A DNA stretch of 64,000 bases from assembly GCA_963922595.1 (NCBI GenBank), contig CAWUIM010000009.1:5075-69074 (forward strand). The letters are read 5' to 3'. This DNA comes from an uncultured Parvularculaceae bacterium. GTDB taxonomy: Bacteria > Pseudomonadota > Alphaproteobacteria > Caulobacterales > Parvularculaceae. The notes below the pieces were generated by a model that had not been told where the DNA came from, did not search any database, and saw only the letters and a list, made by a program, of their open reading frames with translations. Both the position numbers and the translations under genes were made by a program. This document shows, piece after piece, positions 42,477-52,188 of this stretch (position 1 is its first letter; each line of letters opens with the position of its first letter).

Positions 42477-42875
42477 TTAATCCAAATACCTTTTTACTTT
42501 CTCAAGAAAACCGGTCACCGAGATAGGTTTTGCGATATAATCTTCGCAACCGCCCGCGCGAATCCGGTCTTCGTCGCCTTTCATCGCAAAAGCGGTGACG
42601 GCGATGACGGGAATATCCGCCATTTTCGGGTCTTCCTTGATTTCCGCGGTTACCTGAAGCCCGGAAACCTCGGGGAGCTGAATATCCATTAAAATAAGAT
42701 CTGGGACATGTTTGCGGGCCAACAAAATCGCCTCGGGGCCCGTTCGCGCCTGCAAGGTCTCGTAGCCATGGGCCTCCAGGAGATCATGGAACAGCTTCAT
42801 GTTAAGATCGTTATCCTCAACAATCAGGACTGTTTTGGACGCCGCCATGAAATCGATCTTTTCCATTGCTGACAT
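42477..42875 (-). CDS. divK: single-domain cell-cycle response regulator DivK
   Basis: [29 protein letters not shown]...[13 protein letters not shown]...AFAMKGDE. The start is uncertain (42875, 42866 or 42848). Confidence 0.9.
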   Translation of the reverse strand: MSAMEKIDFMAASKTVLIVEDNDLNMKLFHDLLEAHGYETLQARTGPEAILLARKHVPDLILMDIQLPEVSGLQVTAEIKEDPKMADIPVIAVTAFAMKGDEDRIRAGGCEDYIAKPISVTGFLEKVKRYLD

Positions 42876-43012
42876 AAAAGGCCTTCGTTTCCGCCAACGT
42901 TCCGCTATGCGTAAACCACGCCAACCATATCGGCCCAAAGGTATTAATCGATAGTTTATGCTGAAAGCGGCGACCGCAATTTATGACGAATTTTACAGGA
43001 AATTTTTCATAA

Positions 43013-44326
43013 GTGTCTGAAAATGGGACATTATCAGCATTTTGCCGCGACTGCTTCAGCGCAGAACCCGGCGCCGCTGGCGCTTGCGCCATATGTGGTT
43101 CGGCCCGAATCATCCGCCATCGCGGGCTCGAAACGCTGACGATCGCGCACATTGATTGCGACGCCTTTTACGCCGCCATCGAAAAACGCGACGATCCAAG
43201 CCTCAACGACGCGCCGGTGATCATCGGCGGGGGTAAACGCGGCGTCGTCTCGACCGCGTGTTATGTGGCGCGCACTTACGGCGTGCGATCAGCGATGCCG
43301 ATGTTCAAGGCGCTCAAAGCCTGCCCCGATGCGGTGGTGATCAAACCCGATATGGCGAAATACGCCGCCGCCGGGCGTGAGATCCGCGCAATGATGGAGA
43401 GCCTCACGCCGCTTGTTGAGCCGCTTTCAATTGACGAAGCGTTTCTCGATATGACGGGTACAGAGCGCCTACATGGCGTCAAACCGGCGATTGCGCTCTC
43501 GCGGCTGCAAGCGCAAATCGCCAAGGAAGTCGGGGTGACGGTCTCCGTCGGCCTTAGCCACAACAAATTTCTTGCAAAAGTCGCCTCCGATTTTGACAAG
43601 CCCAACGGGTTCTTTGTGATCGGCGAAGAGGAAACAGTGTCGTTTCTGGCCGAGCAGCCAATCAGCCTGATCTGGGGCGTCGGCAAGTCCTTCTCGCAGA
43701 CCCTGTCGCGTGATGGGCTGACGATGATTGGGCAAATTCAGACGATGGACGAAGCGACGCTCGCCAAACGTTACGGCGAAATGGGCTTGCGGCTCTTTCG
43801 ATTGTCGCGCGGTCTCGACGCCCGACGTGTAAAGCCGCACCGGGAAACGAAAAGCGTGTCCAGCGAAACAACCTTCAACGAAGACGTCTCGGATTTGAGC
43901 TGGCTTGAGGATCGCTTGTGGAACCTCTGCGAGAAAGTCTCCGCGCGCATGAAAGCCAAGCATCTGACCGGCCGGGTCGTGACGTTGAAACTGAAGACAG
44001 CAAATTTCAAAACCCTCACCCGGCGAGACACTTTGGAACGGCACAGCAACCTTGCGCGCACCGCGTTTCGGGCGGCAAAACCAATGCTGGCGGCCAGCGC
44101 CGGCGGCGACGCTTTTCGCCTGATCGGCGTCGGCTTTTCGGACCTCGCGCCGGAAGACGGCGCCCCGCAAACGGTACTTTTCGAGACCCAGGAAGATACA
44201 TTCGCCCAGCAGGAAAAAGCGATAGACGCGATCCGCGCCAAGTTTGGCGATGAGGCGATCGCGGCGGGGCGGACGCTGAAAAATTCAAGCGCCAATCGCA
44301 AACTGCGACGCCATATCGACTCCTAA
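43013..44326 (+). CDS. dinB: DNA polymerase IV (Y-family) with an N-terminal Cys4 extension
   Basis: IAHIDCDAFYAAIEKRDDP and SIDEAFLDMTG catalytic motifs. The N-terminal roughly 45 aa carry CRDC...CAIC. Confidence 0.9.
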   Translation: MSENGTLSAFCRDCFSAEPGAAGACAICGSARIIRHRGLETLTIAHIDCDAFYAAIEKRDDPSLNDAPVIIGGGKRGVVSTACYVARTYGVRSAMPMFKALKACPDAVVIKPDMAKYAAAGREIRAMMESLTPLVEPLSIDEAFLDMTGTERLHGVKPAIALSRLQAQIAKEVGVTVSVGLSHNKFLAKVASDFDKPNGFFVIGEEETVSFLAEQPISLIWGVGKSFSQTLSRDGLTMIGQIQTMDEATLAKRYGEMGLRLFRLSRGLDARRVKPHRETKSVSSETTFNEDVSDLSWLEDRLWNLCEKVSARMKAKHLTGRVVTLKLKTANFKTLTRRDTLERHSNLARTAFRAAKPMLAASAGGDAFRLIGVGFSDLAPEDGAPQTVLFETQEDTFAQQEKAIDAIRAKFGDEAIAAGRTLKNSSANRKLRRHIDS

Positions 44327-44384
44327 ACGTTTCGCTCCGCGCGGGTAACCGCTAGATTGGGAACAGAAAAAGGGAACCCGCCGC

Positions 44385-44846
44385 ATGTCTCGCATCGCAA
44401 CCCGCCTCGCCGAACTTGAAATCATCCTTCCCGACGCGCCCGCTCCAGTCGCCAATTATGTGCCCTATGTCCGCACCGGGTCGAGCGTCTTCATCTCCGG
44501 GCAGGTCTCGTTGGCGCCGACCGGGCTCATAAAAGGCAAACTCGGCGACGATATGAATATCGAAGACGGTCAGCAGGCGGCGCATATGTGCGCCGTCAAT
44601 CTCCTCGCGCAATTGAAAGCCGCCTGCGACGGCGATCTCGACCGCGTGAAACGCGTCGTGAAACTTGGCGGGTTCGTCAACTGCACGCCCGATTTCACGG
44701 ACCATCCGCGCGTGATCAACGGCGCCTCGGATTTGATGGTCGCGGTTTTTGGCGACGCCGGCAAACATGCGCGCGCGGCTGTCGGCGCGCCATCGCTCCC
44801 GTTGGGCGCAGCGGTTGAAGTTGACGGCGTGTTTGAGGTTTCCTAG
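44385..44846 (+). CDS. RidA/YjgF family protein
   Basis: 153 aa with FISGQV... and ARAAVGAPSLPLGAAVEV, typical of the RidA family. Confidence 0.85.
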   Translation: MSRIATRLAELEIILPDAPAPVANYVPYVRTGSSVFISGQVSLAPTGLIKGKLGDDMNIEDGQQAAHMCAVNLLAQLKAACDGDLDRVKRVVKLGGFVNCTPDFTDHPRVINGASDLMVAVFGDAGKHARAAVGAPSLPLGAAVEVDGVFEVS

Positions 44847-46015
44847 TGGCGGACGGCGCAGAGACGATTACGGCGCGCACTGTCTCCAGCATCGGCGACA
44901 TTGGCGGCGAACAATGGGATCGGCTGCTGAAAGAATGCGCATGCGCCTACAACCCCTTTGTCTCCTATGCGTTTCTGGACGCGCTGGAACGATCCGGGTC
45001 CGTCGCCCCGGAGACCGGCTGGGCGCCGATGCATATTGTTCTGGAGCATCAGGGCGCAATTGTCGCCGCGGCGCCGCTCTATGTGAAAAGCCACAGCCAG
45101 GGCGAATATGTATTCGATCATCATTGGGCGGACGCTTATGAACGCGCTGGCGGGCGCTACTATCCAAAGCTCGTCTGCGCGGCGCCATTTACGCCCGTGC
45201 CCGGCCCACGGCTGCTCGCCAAAGACACGGCCACCAAACGCACGCTCGCCGCTGCGATCGCGCAGATCGCCGATCAGCTCGGCGTCTCCTCGCTCCACGC
45301 AAATTTCATCGACCCCGACGAGGCGCCGCTCTTTGAACAGCCGCTTTATATGGCGCGCACGGGTACGCAATTTCACTGGCGCAATCGCGGCTATGAGACC
45401 TTCGATGATTTTCTCGCCGCCCTGTCGTCGCGCAAACGAAAAGCTGTCAAACGCGAGCGGCGCGACGCCCTCGCCGCCGGGCTCGTGATCCAGCGTTTGC
45501 GCGGCGACGCGATCACCGAGCGGCATTGGGACGCCTTTTGGCGGTTTTATCAGGACACGGGCGCACGCAAGTGGGGGCAGCCCTATCTCACACGATCATT
45601 TTTCTCGGAGATCGCCGAGACCATGCGCGACGATCTCCTTTTTATCGCAGCGGAGCGAAACGGCATGCCGGTGGCTGGCGCGCTGAATTTCATCGGCGGC
45701 GACGCCCTCTATGGCCGCTATTGGGGCTGCACCGAACACCACCCGTTCCTGCATTTCGAAGTCTGCTATCATCAAGCGGTGGACTTCGCAATCGCGGAAG
45801 GGCTGAGCCGCGTGGAGGCGGGCGCGCAAGGAGAACACAAGATCGCCCGCGGCTACGAGCCTGTGCGCACCCATTCGGCCCATTGGATCAGAGACCCGTC
45901 CTTCCGGGACGCGATTGACAGATATCTTGAAAATGAACGCGTTCACGGCGAGGCTGAAATCGACGTTCTCAGTCAGTATACACCGTTCAAGAAGGGGAAA
46001 AATGAAAATACTTGA
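44846..46015 (+). CDS. GNAT/FemAB-like N-acetyltransferase (DUF482 family)
   Basis: NPFVSYAFLDALERSGSV...TGW N-terminus and a length of about 390 aa match DUF482. The GTG start overlaps the RidA stop. Confidence 0.75.
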   Translation: MADGAETITARTVSSIGDIGGEQWDRLLKECACAYNPFVSYAFLDALERSGSVAPETGWAPMHIVLEHQGAIVAAAPLYVKSHSQGEYVFDHHWADAYERAGGRYYPKLVCAAPFTPVPGPRLLAKDTATKRTLAAAIAQIADQLGVSSLHANFIDPDEAPLFEQPLYMARTGTQFHWRNRGYETFDDFLAALSSRKRKAVKRERRDALAAGLVIQRLRGDAITERHWDAFWRFYQDTGARKWGQPYLTRSFFSEIAETMRDDLLFIAAERNGMPVAGALNFIGGDALYGRYWGCTEHHPFLHFEVCYHQAVDFAIAEGLSRVEAGAQGEHKIARGYEPVRTHSAHWIRDPSFRDAIDRYLENERVHGEAEIDVLSQYTPFKKGKNENT

Positions 46016-46226
46016 GCGAACGCACAATTTGGTCAGAGCCCGCGTGATCGTCAGCTATCTCCAGGCCGCTGATATTGACGCCGTCTTACTGGATGCAGAG
46101 ATGGGTGCCATGTTGCCGGTCGCCGGGGGCGGCGTCAGGATCGCGGTGCCGGAAGAGCAGGCTTATCGCGCCCGATTGCTGCTTGAGGAAGCAGATAGGT
46201 CTTTTGATGCGACCACCAACGAGTGA
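46002..46226 (+). CDS. DUF2007-like small protein (putative signal-transducing protein fold)
   Basis: 74 aa. MKILERTHNLVRARVIVSYLQAADIDAVLLDAEM... resembles DUF2007. GGGGAAAAATG start context. Confidence 0.6.
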   Translation: MKILERTHNLVRARVIVSYLQAADIDAVLLDAEMGAMLPVAGGGVRIAVPEEQAYRARLLLEEADRSFDATTNE

Positions 46227-46234
46227 GCGAGAGA

Positions 46235-46669
46235 ATGTCCCTGAACGAACAATACGCGCCCGATAATATTTTCGCTAAAATCATTCGCGGCGACATGCCA
46301 GCGACAAAGATCTTTGAGACTGACGATGTCCTGGCGTTCATGGACCTGTTTCCGCAAAGCGACGGTCACTGTCTCGTTATCCCGAAAAAAGCGGAGGCGG
46401 TAAATTTTCTGGATATTCAAGCCTCGGACTTGGCTGCGCTGATCGTTGAGACTCAACGAACGGCCCGCGCCGTAGAAAAAGCGCTGTCGCCGGACGGGTT
46501 GCGGATTGTTCAATTCAACGGCGCCCCGGCAGGGCAAACCGTTTTCCATATCCATTTCCACATCATCCCGATCTATGAAGGCGCGCGGCTCGGCGCCCAC
46601 GCCGGCGACGGACCGGCCGATACAGCGCACCTGGAAGCGTTGGCCAAGAAAATCGCGGCGCATATTTAG
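46235..46669 (+). CDS. HIT family protein
   Basis: NIFAKIIRGDMPA N-terminus and the histidine triad HIHFHIIP. Confidence 0.9.
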   Translation: MSLNEQYAPDNIFAKIIRGDMPATKIFETDDVLAFMDLFPQSDGHCLVIPKKAEAVNFLDIQASDLAALIVETQRTARAVEKALSPDGLRIVQFNGAPAGQTVFHIHFHIIPIYEGARLGAHAGDGPADTAHLEALAKKIAAHI

Positions 46670-46818
46670 CCTGCACGAATTTAGACAGCGCGAACCGCTC
46701 ACGCGTCAGTGATCCCAGTCGCGCTCTCGTGTTTTGCTTGTGAATAGCGGGACTTTTATCTCCCTCGTTATCAACGAACCGCGCCGCACGGCCGGATAGC
46801 AAAACAGGAGAGCGGGCC

Positions 46819-47268
46819 ATGAATAAACTTAGAAGAACCTTGAGCGCTTTGGCGGCGATTACGCTGAGCGTCATGTCAATCAACGCAATCGTAACAGCGC
46901 CGGCTGCGGCCCTCGAGGCAAGCGCTGAGACAGTCCTCCATGAGGGCGTCTGGACCAAGAAAACCTTTAAATCCAGCGGCGACTGGAGCATCGTGGAAGA
47001 CTCTGACGGTAACCGTTTTGTCAAGCTGAGCGACGACTTCAAAACGCGCAACGCGCCGGACCTGAAGATCTTCCTGTCGCCTCAGGCGGCGGCCGACACC
47101 ACCGGCAAAAACGCCACTCAGGGCGCCCTTCTGATCTCACCGCTGGAAAGCAACAAAGGCGGCCAAGTCTATGAAATCCCAACAGGAACGGACCTCGATG
47201 CTTACTCGTCGATCCTGATCCATTGCGAACAATTCTCGAAATTGTGGAGCGCGGCTGATCTAAGTTAA
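46819..47268 (+). CDS. DM13 domain-containing secreted protein
   Basis: Signal peptide. FKTRNAPDLKIFLSP and LIHCEQFSKLW match the DM13 pattern. Confidence 0.72.
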   Translation: MNKLRRTLSALAAITLSVMSINAIVTAPAAALEASAETVLHEGVWTKKTFKSSGDWSIVEDSDGNRFVKLSDDFKTRNAPDLKIFLSPQAAADTTGKNATQGALLISPLESNKGGQVYEIPTGTDLDAYSSILIHCEQFSKLWSAADLS

Positions 47269-47300
47269 CAGCCCGGCCGTAATTCTTACGTCGTGTTTTT

Positions 47301-47394
47301 GCGCCCTGACGTTTCCCTCCCCCACCCTTGACGTCAGGCGCGAAAAAGAGAAACGGCCGCTGCATCTCCCCCCATGGCAGCGGCCGTTTTTTTA
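47301..47394 (+). ncRNA. candidate sRNA: two hairpins with long C-rich loops plus a terminator tail (alpha-r14/cuckoo/CcsR-like architecture)
   Basis: SL1 pairs 47301-47312 with 47331-47341 (11 bp, one bulge) and has loop TTCCCTCCCCCACCCTTG. SL2 pairs ACGGCCGCTGC (47353-47363) with GCAGCGGCCGT (47377-47387) and has loop ATCTCCCCCCATG, followed by TTTTTTTATT. The 5' end is undefined. Confidence 0.4.
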
Positions 47395-47427
47395 TTGTTG
47401 ATCACCGGACCGTATCTGCCCTGCGCG

Positions 47428-49194
47428 TCAATTTTTAAAGACGATGTCCATGGTTTTCTCGTCGCCCGACGCGACGTTGAATTTTCTCTCTACCGTGACG
47501 TCGTTGAATTTCGCCGAGACCACGTAGGCGCCTTGTGGCAGCGTGAAGACCGGCTCTGCGGCGCCGGAGGCGTCGATCTGCTTCCTCGATCCATCAAGCG
47601 TTTCTTCATCGACAAAGACGCGCCAATAGAGCCCCTTCTCAATCGCCGAGCCATCGCTTTCCATTTGCGCCGACCACTTTATCCGGCCGGAGTTTTGCGT
47701 GATCTTCGCCTCAACAAGTTCGCCCGCGATAACCTCGACCGGGGTTTCGGTCACGGCCTTTCCGTGGCGCGTCATGATCACATACGAACCTGCGGGAAGC
47801 CGGAACAGCGGATCGGCTTTGCCTGAGGCGTCGATGTCTTTGCGTTCGCCCTCAAGGTTCTGCTTCGCTTCGAGAACCTTGTAGTAGAGATCGTCCTGGA
47901 GCGGATCGCTCGTTTCACTCATGGCGGCGCTCAGCCGCAAATAGCCCACATCCATCGTGAAGCGATGTTCGGTCAACTCGCCCGCCGTCACGCTCACCGG
48001 CGCGTCTACCTCGGCTTTGCCATGCTGAGCGCGCACCACATAGTCGCCTGCCGGCACATAGAATAACGCATCCGGTTTTCCGGAGGCTGCAACGCGCTTG
48101 CGGTCGCCTTCGAGGTCCTTTTTGGCGCTGAAAACGCGATAGTACATTTTATCGTCCAGCACCTCGCCGCCTTCCGCAGGGATCGCGTCCACTTGCAGCG
48201 CGCCGGTATCGAGATTGATGACCACATCCGTTGTCCGGTCGGCCGCGACAGAAAACGGCGTTTCCTTTTCAATGATTCCGAATTTAACCGAGGCGACGTA
48301 ATCACCGGGGGCTAACTCAATGAAGGGCGACGGCTTTCCTGTCGCCTCAATCTTTTCGCGCTTACCCGCAATGTCTTGCTTTGCGCCGAGGACGCGCCAA
48401 TAGAGATCGTCGGTTTTCACCTCGCAGGCTTCGCAAAGCTTGGCGCTGAGCCGCACCCCTTGCGCTTCGCTGGACGCGGGCTCTTCCGGCGGCGGCGCGA
48501 CCGGCGCAGGTTGCTGCACGCTCGCTTCCTTCACGGTCGCCACAGTCTGCGTCATTGCTGTTGTCAGATCGTTGGCGCTGTTTGCGCTGATGAACTGTCC
48601 GCCGGTATTCTCAGCGAGACAGGAAAGGCGCGCCTGATCTTCTTCCGCCAGATCAAAACCGACCACATGGGCGGTGAAATCGATCCCCTTATTCTCCAAC
48701 TCTGTGGCAAGCGCGCATGGGTCGGCGTCGCAGGTCTCAAGGCCGTCGCTGATCAATATGACGGTCGCTTTTTCTTCCGTGTACTTCAATGCTTCCGCGG
48801 CCTGGCGCACGGACGCGGAGATCGGCGTTTTGCCCACCGGATTTATCGCATTGACCTTCGTCATCAGCGCGTCAGCATCGACCGGACCAACGTCAGCCAG
48901 CGTTTCGATATCGCCGCAGGCGCCCTTCTCACGGTGGCCGTAAGCGACGAGCCCCAGATGGATCGACGAATCCCAATCCTTCAATAAATCGCCGATAACG
49001 CCTCGTGCGATTTCAATTTTCGGCGCGCCGTCAACCTGTCCCCACATGCTGCCGGAACCGTCGAGCACCATGATCACGCTTTGCGTGTCGTCGTTTGTCA
49101 CCGCCTCTTGCGCCAAAGCCGTTGCGCCGATCGCCGTAACAGTCATCGCCATTGCAGCGAGGCCGCAAGAAGCGGCCTTAAGTCGTTTTTTCAT
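47428..49194 (-). CDS. secreted vWA domain protein with four C-terminal 86-aa repeats
   Basis: Signal peptide and MIDAS VLDGSGSM ... ILISDG. The C-terminal repeats are phased at LYWRV/MYYRV/LYYKV/LYWRV (aa 264, 350, 436, 522). Confidence 0.85.
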   Translation of the reverse strand: MKKRLKAASCGLAAMAMTVTAIGATALAQEAVTNDDTQSVIMVLDGSGSMWGQVDGAPKIEIARGVIGDLLKDWDSSIHLGLVAYGHREKGACGDIETLADVGPVDADALMTKVNAINPVGKTPISASVRQAAEALKYTEEKATVILISDGLETCDADPCALATELENKGIDFTAHVVGFDLAEEDQARLSCLAENTGGQFISANSANDLTTAMTQTVATVKEASVQQPAPVAPPPEEPASSEAQGVRLSAKLCEACEVKTDDLYWRVLGAKQDIAGKREKIEATGKPSPFIELAPGDYVASVKFGIIEKETPFSVAADRTTDVVINLDTGALQVDAIPAEGGEVLDDKMYYRVFSAKKDLEGDRKRVAASGKPDALFYVPAGDYVVRAQHGKAEVDAPVSVTAGELTEHRFTMDVGYLRLSAAMSETSDPLQDDLYYKVLEAKQNLEGERKDIDASGKADPLFRLPAGSYVIMTRHGKAVTETPVEVIAGELVEAKITQNSGRIKWSAQMESDGSAIEKGLYWRVFVDEETLDGSRKQIDASGAAEPVFTLPQGAYVVSAKFNDVTVERKFNVASGDEKTMDIVFKN

Positions 49195-49254
49195 GAAATC
49201 TCCCCTTTCCTTCGCCGTCGCGTATTATGCGCGAGGCGCCTCGCCAAGGGAACA

Positions 49255-49291
49255 TTAAAAACCCGTCAGCATGCGGTTGCAACTGACGGGT
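49255..49291 (-). terminator. rho-independent terminator of clpA
   Basis: ACCCGTCAG (49261-49269) pairs with CTGACGGGT (49283-49291). On the minus strand it is followed by TTTTAATG. Confidence 0.65.
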
Positions 49292-49319
49292 TTGTTTGGC
49301 CGAGAATTTTAGAAGCGAT

Positions 49320-51650
49320 CTAAGACTTCTCGATCAGGACAGGCACATTCGCGCCGCCTTCATCTCCGTCATCATCGCTCGGCGGCGCCGGGTCCGGAAT
49401 ATATTCAAACGCCAGCTTGTCCTCATCGCCTTCGGACAGCGTCACCTTCACAAGCCCGCCATGTTTCAGGCCGCCGAACAGAATCTCTTCTGCAATCGGC
49501 TTCTTTATATATTCCTGAATGACGCGGGCGAGCGGGCGCGCGCCCATTTCTTCATCGAAACCGCGCTCGGCGAGCCACCGCGTCGCTTCGTCGGAAAGCT
49601 CGAACGTCACATTTCGATCCGCAAGCTGAACTTCCAGTTGCATCACGAACTTCTCGACAATCCGGTCGATGATCACCGGTGAAAGCCCGGCGAACTGAAT
49701 TGTCGCGTCGAGCCGGTTGCGGAACTCCGGCGTGAAAAGCCGCTTGATCGCTTCCTCGGACTCGTCGGCATGCTTGCCACCGGCGAAGCCGATGACGTTT
49801 TTCGCCGCATCCGCGGCCCCGGCGTTCGTTGTCATAATGATAATGACATTGCGGAAATCGATCTTCTTTCCGTTGGTGTCGGTGAGCGCACCATTGTCCA
49901 TCACCTGCAGGAGGATGTTGAAAATCTCCGGATGCGCCTTCTCGATTTCGTCAAGCAGCAACACCGAATGCGGTTGCTGGTCGATGGCGTCCGTCAACAA
50001 GCCACCCTGATCAAAGCCCACATAGCCAGGGGGCGCGCCGATCAGACGCGAAACCGTGTGACGCTCCATATATTCAGACATATCAAAGCGAATCAGTTCA
50101 ACACCGAGCGCAAACGCTAGCTGCTTTGCGACTTCGGTTTTGCCGACGCCCGTCGGACCAGCGAAGAGATAGCTGCCGATCGGCTTGTTCGGTTCACGCA
50201 AGCCCGCCCGCGAGAGTTTGATCGCCGCGGCGACCTGGTCGATTGCATTGTCCTGGCCGAAAACGACACGCCGCAAATCTTCGCCGAGCTTCTGCAACCG
50301 CTCCGTATCCGTCTTAGAAACCGATTTCGGCGGAATGCGCGCCATCTTGGCGATGATTTCTTCGATCTGGCTCGTATCGATGACCTTCGCGCGCTGATCC
50401 TCCGGGAATAGCATTTGCCGGGCGCCCGCCTCGTCAATCACATCAATCGCCTTATCGGGAAGCTTACGGTCCGTCATATATTTCGACGACAAGTCAGCGG
50501 CGGACTTGATGGCGTCCGGCGTATACTCGACGCGATGGTGCTCCTCGAAATAAGGCTTCAGCCCTGTCAGGATTTTCACCGTGTCGTCGACGCTCGGCTC
50601 CACCACATCGATTTTCTGGAAGCGGCGCGCCAAGGCGCGATCTTTTTCGAAGTGCTGGCGATATTCTTTATACGTCGTCGATCCCATGCAACGCAGGGCG
50701 CCGGACTGCAGCGCCGGCTTCAAGAGGTTAGACGCGTCCATGGCGCCGCCTGATGTGGCGCCGGCGCCGATCACGGTGTGGATTTCGTCAATGAACAGGA
50801 TCGCGTCTTCATGCTCTTCCAGTTCCTTCAGAACGCTCTTGATGCGCTCTTCAAAGTCGCCGCGATAGCGCGTGCCCGCGAGGAGCGCGCCCATATCGAG
50901 TGCGTAAATCGTCGATTCGCTCAAAACGGCGGGAACATCTTCGTCGACAATCTTCCGCGCAAGGCCTTCGGCGATGGCGGTCTTGCCGACGCCGGGATCG
51001 CCCACCAGCAACGGATTGTTCTTCCGCCGACGGCACAGGATCTGAATCGAGCGCTCGATCTCCGCTTCCCGGCCGATCAGTGGATCAATTTTGCCGCGGC
51101 GCGCCTTGTCGTTGAGATCGACGCAATAAGCCGACAGCGCATCTTCATTTTGCTTGCCCGGCTCGGCTTCTTCGCCGGCGCCGCGCGGCGGGCGCTGGGA
51201 TCCTTCGCCCGGGCGTTTGGCGAGCCCATGAGAAATATAATTCACCGCATCAAAACGCGTCATGTCCTGCTTCTGAAGGAAATGCGCAGCGTTCGATTCG
51301 CGCTCGGCAAAGAGCGCCACGAGAACATTCGCGCCGGTGACCTCTTCGCGCCCGGAAGACTGAACATGAATAACGGCGCGCTGGATCACGCGTTGAAAAC
51401 TCGTGGTCGGCTTTGACTGCTCGCCGCTGTCGGTGATCAGATTACTGAGATTATTTTCGATAAATTCGTATAGGTCTTTTTTGAGATCATCGATGTCCAC
51501 ATTGCACGCACGCATCACTGCGGCCGCGTCCTGATCGTCCGTCAGCGCCAACAGCAAATGCTCGAGCGTCGCGAGCTCGTGTTCGTGTTCGGTCGCGATG
51601 CTGATCGCGCGGTGCAAAGCGTCGTCTAAATTCCGGCTAAAACTCGCCAC
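49320..51650 (-). CDS. clpA: ATP-dependent Clp protease ATP-binding subunit ClpA
   Basis: 776 aa with two AAA+ modules (GDPGVGKT and GPTGVGKT Walker A) and a Clp N-domain. Confidence 0.98.
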   Translation of the reverse strand: MASFSRNLDDALHRAISIATEHEHELATLEHLLLALTDDQDAAAVMRACNVDIDDLKKDLYEFIENNLSNLITDSGEQSKPTTSFQRVIQRAVIHVQSSGREEVTGANVLVALFAERESNAAHFLQKQDMTRFDAVNYISHGLAKRPGEGSQRPPRGAGEEAEPGKQNEDALSAYCVDLNDKARRGKIDPLIGREAEIERSIQILCRRRKNNPLLVGDPGVGKTAIAEGLARKIVDEDVPAVLSESTIYALDMGALLAGTRYRGDFEERIKSVLKELEEHEDAILFIDEIHTVIGAGATSGGAMDASNLLKPALQSGALRCMGSTTYKEYRQHFEKDRALARRFQKIDVVEPSVDDTVKILTGLKPYFEEHHRVEYTPDAIKSAADLSSKYMTDRKLPDKAIDVIDEAGARQMLFPEDQRAKVIDTSQIEEIIAKMARIPPKSVSKTDTERLQKLGEDLRRVVFGQDNAIDQVAAAIKLSRAGLREPNKPIGSYLFAGPTGVGKTEVAKQLAFALGVELIRFDMSEYMERHTVSRLIGAPPGYVGFDQGGLLTDAIDQQPHSVLLLDEIEKAHPEIFNILLQVMDNGALTDTNGKKIDFRNVIIIMTTNAGAADAAKNVIGFAGGKHADESEEAIKRLFTPEFRNRLDATIQFAGLSPVIIDRIVEKFVMQLEVQLADRNVTFELSDEATRWLAERGFDEEMGARPLARVIQEYIKKPIAEEILFGGLKHGGLVKVTLSEGDEDKLAFEYIPDPAPPSDDDGDEGGANVPVLIEKS

Positions 51651-51653
51651 TGA

Positions 51654-51992
51654 CTACTCCCGTTCCATTGTACATTGCAGCGGATGCTGGTTGCGGCGCG
51701 ACAATTCCATCACTTGCGCCACCTTGGTTTCCGCCACTTCGTAAGTATAAACCCCACAAATACCGACGCCGTTCTGGTGCACGTGCAGCATCACCTGCAC
51801 GGCCTCTTCCGGGCTCTTCTTAAAGATCGCCTGCAACAGCCAGACGACAAATTCCTGCGGCGTATAATCGTCGTTCAACAAAATGACTTTGTAGAGCGAC
51901 GGTCGCTTCGTCTTCGGCTCCGGCTTGGTGACGACGCCGACATCGACGCCGGGTCCCGCTGGGCCCTGTTCATTGTCTTGTTCGTCAGACAT
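51654..51992 (-). CDS. clpS: ATP-dependent Clp protease adaptor ClpS
   Basis: [17 protein letters not shown]...[28 protein letters not shown] chose the ATG at 51992, with AAAGG upstream. Confidence 0.93.
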   Translation of the reverse strand: MSDEQDNEQGPAGPGVDVGVVTKPEPKTKRPSLYKVILLNDDYTPQEFVVWLLQAIFKKSPEEAVQVMLHVHQNGVGICGVYTYEVAETKVAQVMELSRRNQHPLQCTMERE

Positions 51993-52125
51993 AGAACCTT
52001 TCATATCATGTTTGAGGCGATCCCGGCAGGATGGCCGGCTCCGGCGCCGCATTCGACACTATTAAATATGTATCCGTTTATGGTTGAAAAGATGGAAACC
52101 CATCAACCAAGACAATTTTGAACAC

Positions 52126-52151
52126 AAAAAAAGGCCCGGTCTCCCGGGCCT
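52126..52151 (-). terminator. rho-independent (bidirectional) terminator after the phasin gene
   Basis: AGGCCCGG-TCTC-CCGGGCCT (52132-52151), with an A-run on the left and TTTT on the right. Confidence 0.7.
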
Positions 52152-52188
52152 TTTGGGTACGCAACGATTACGCAACTAATTCAATTGG

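Noticed and set aside
47301-47341. The first C-loop hairpin read as a simple terminator for the DM13 or vWA gene.
   Set aside because: The T-run precedes the stem on both strands instead of following it, so it does not fit an intrinsic terminator in either direction. I kept it as part of the sRNA candidate.
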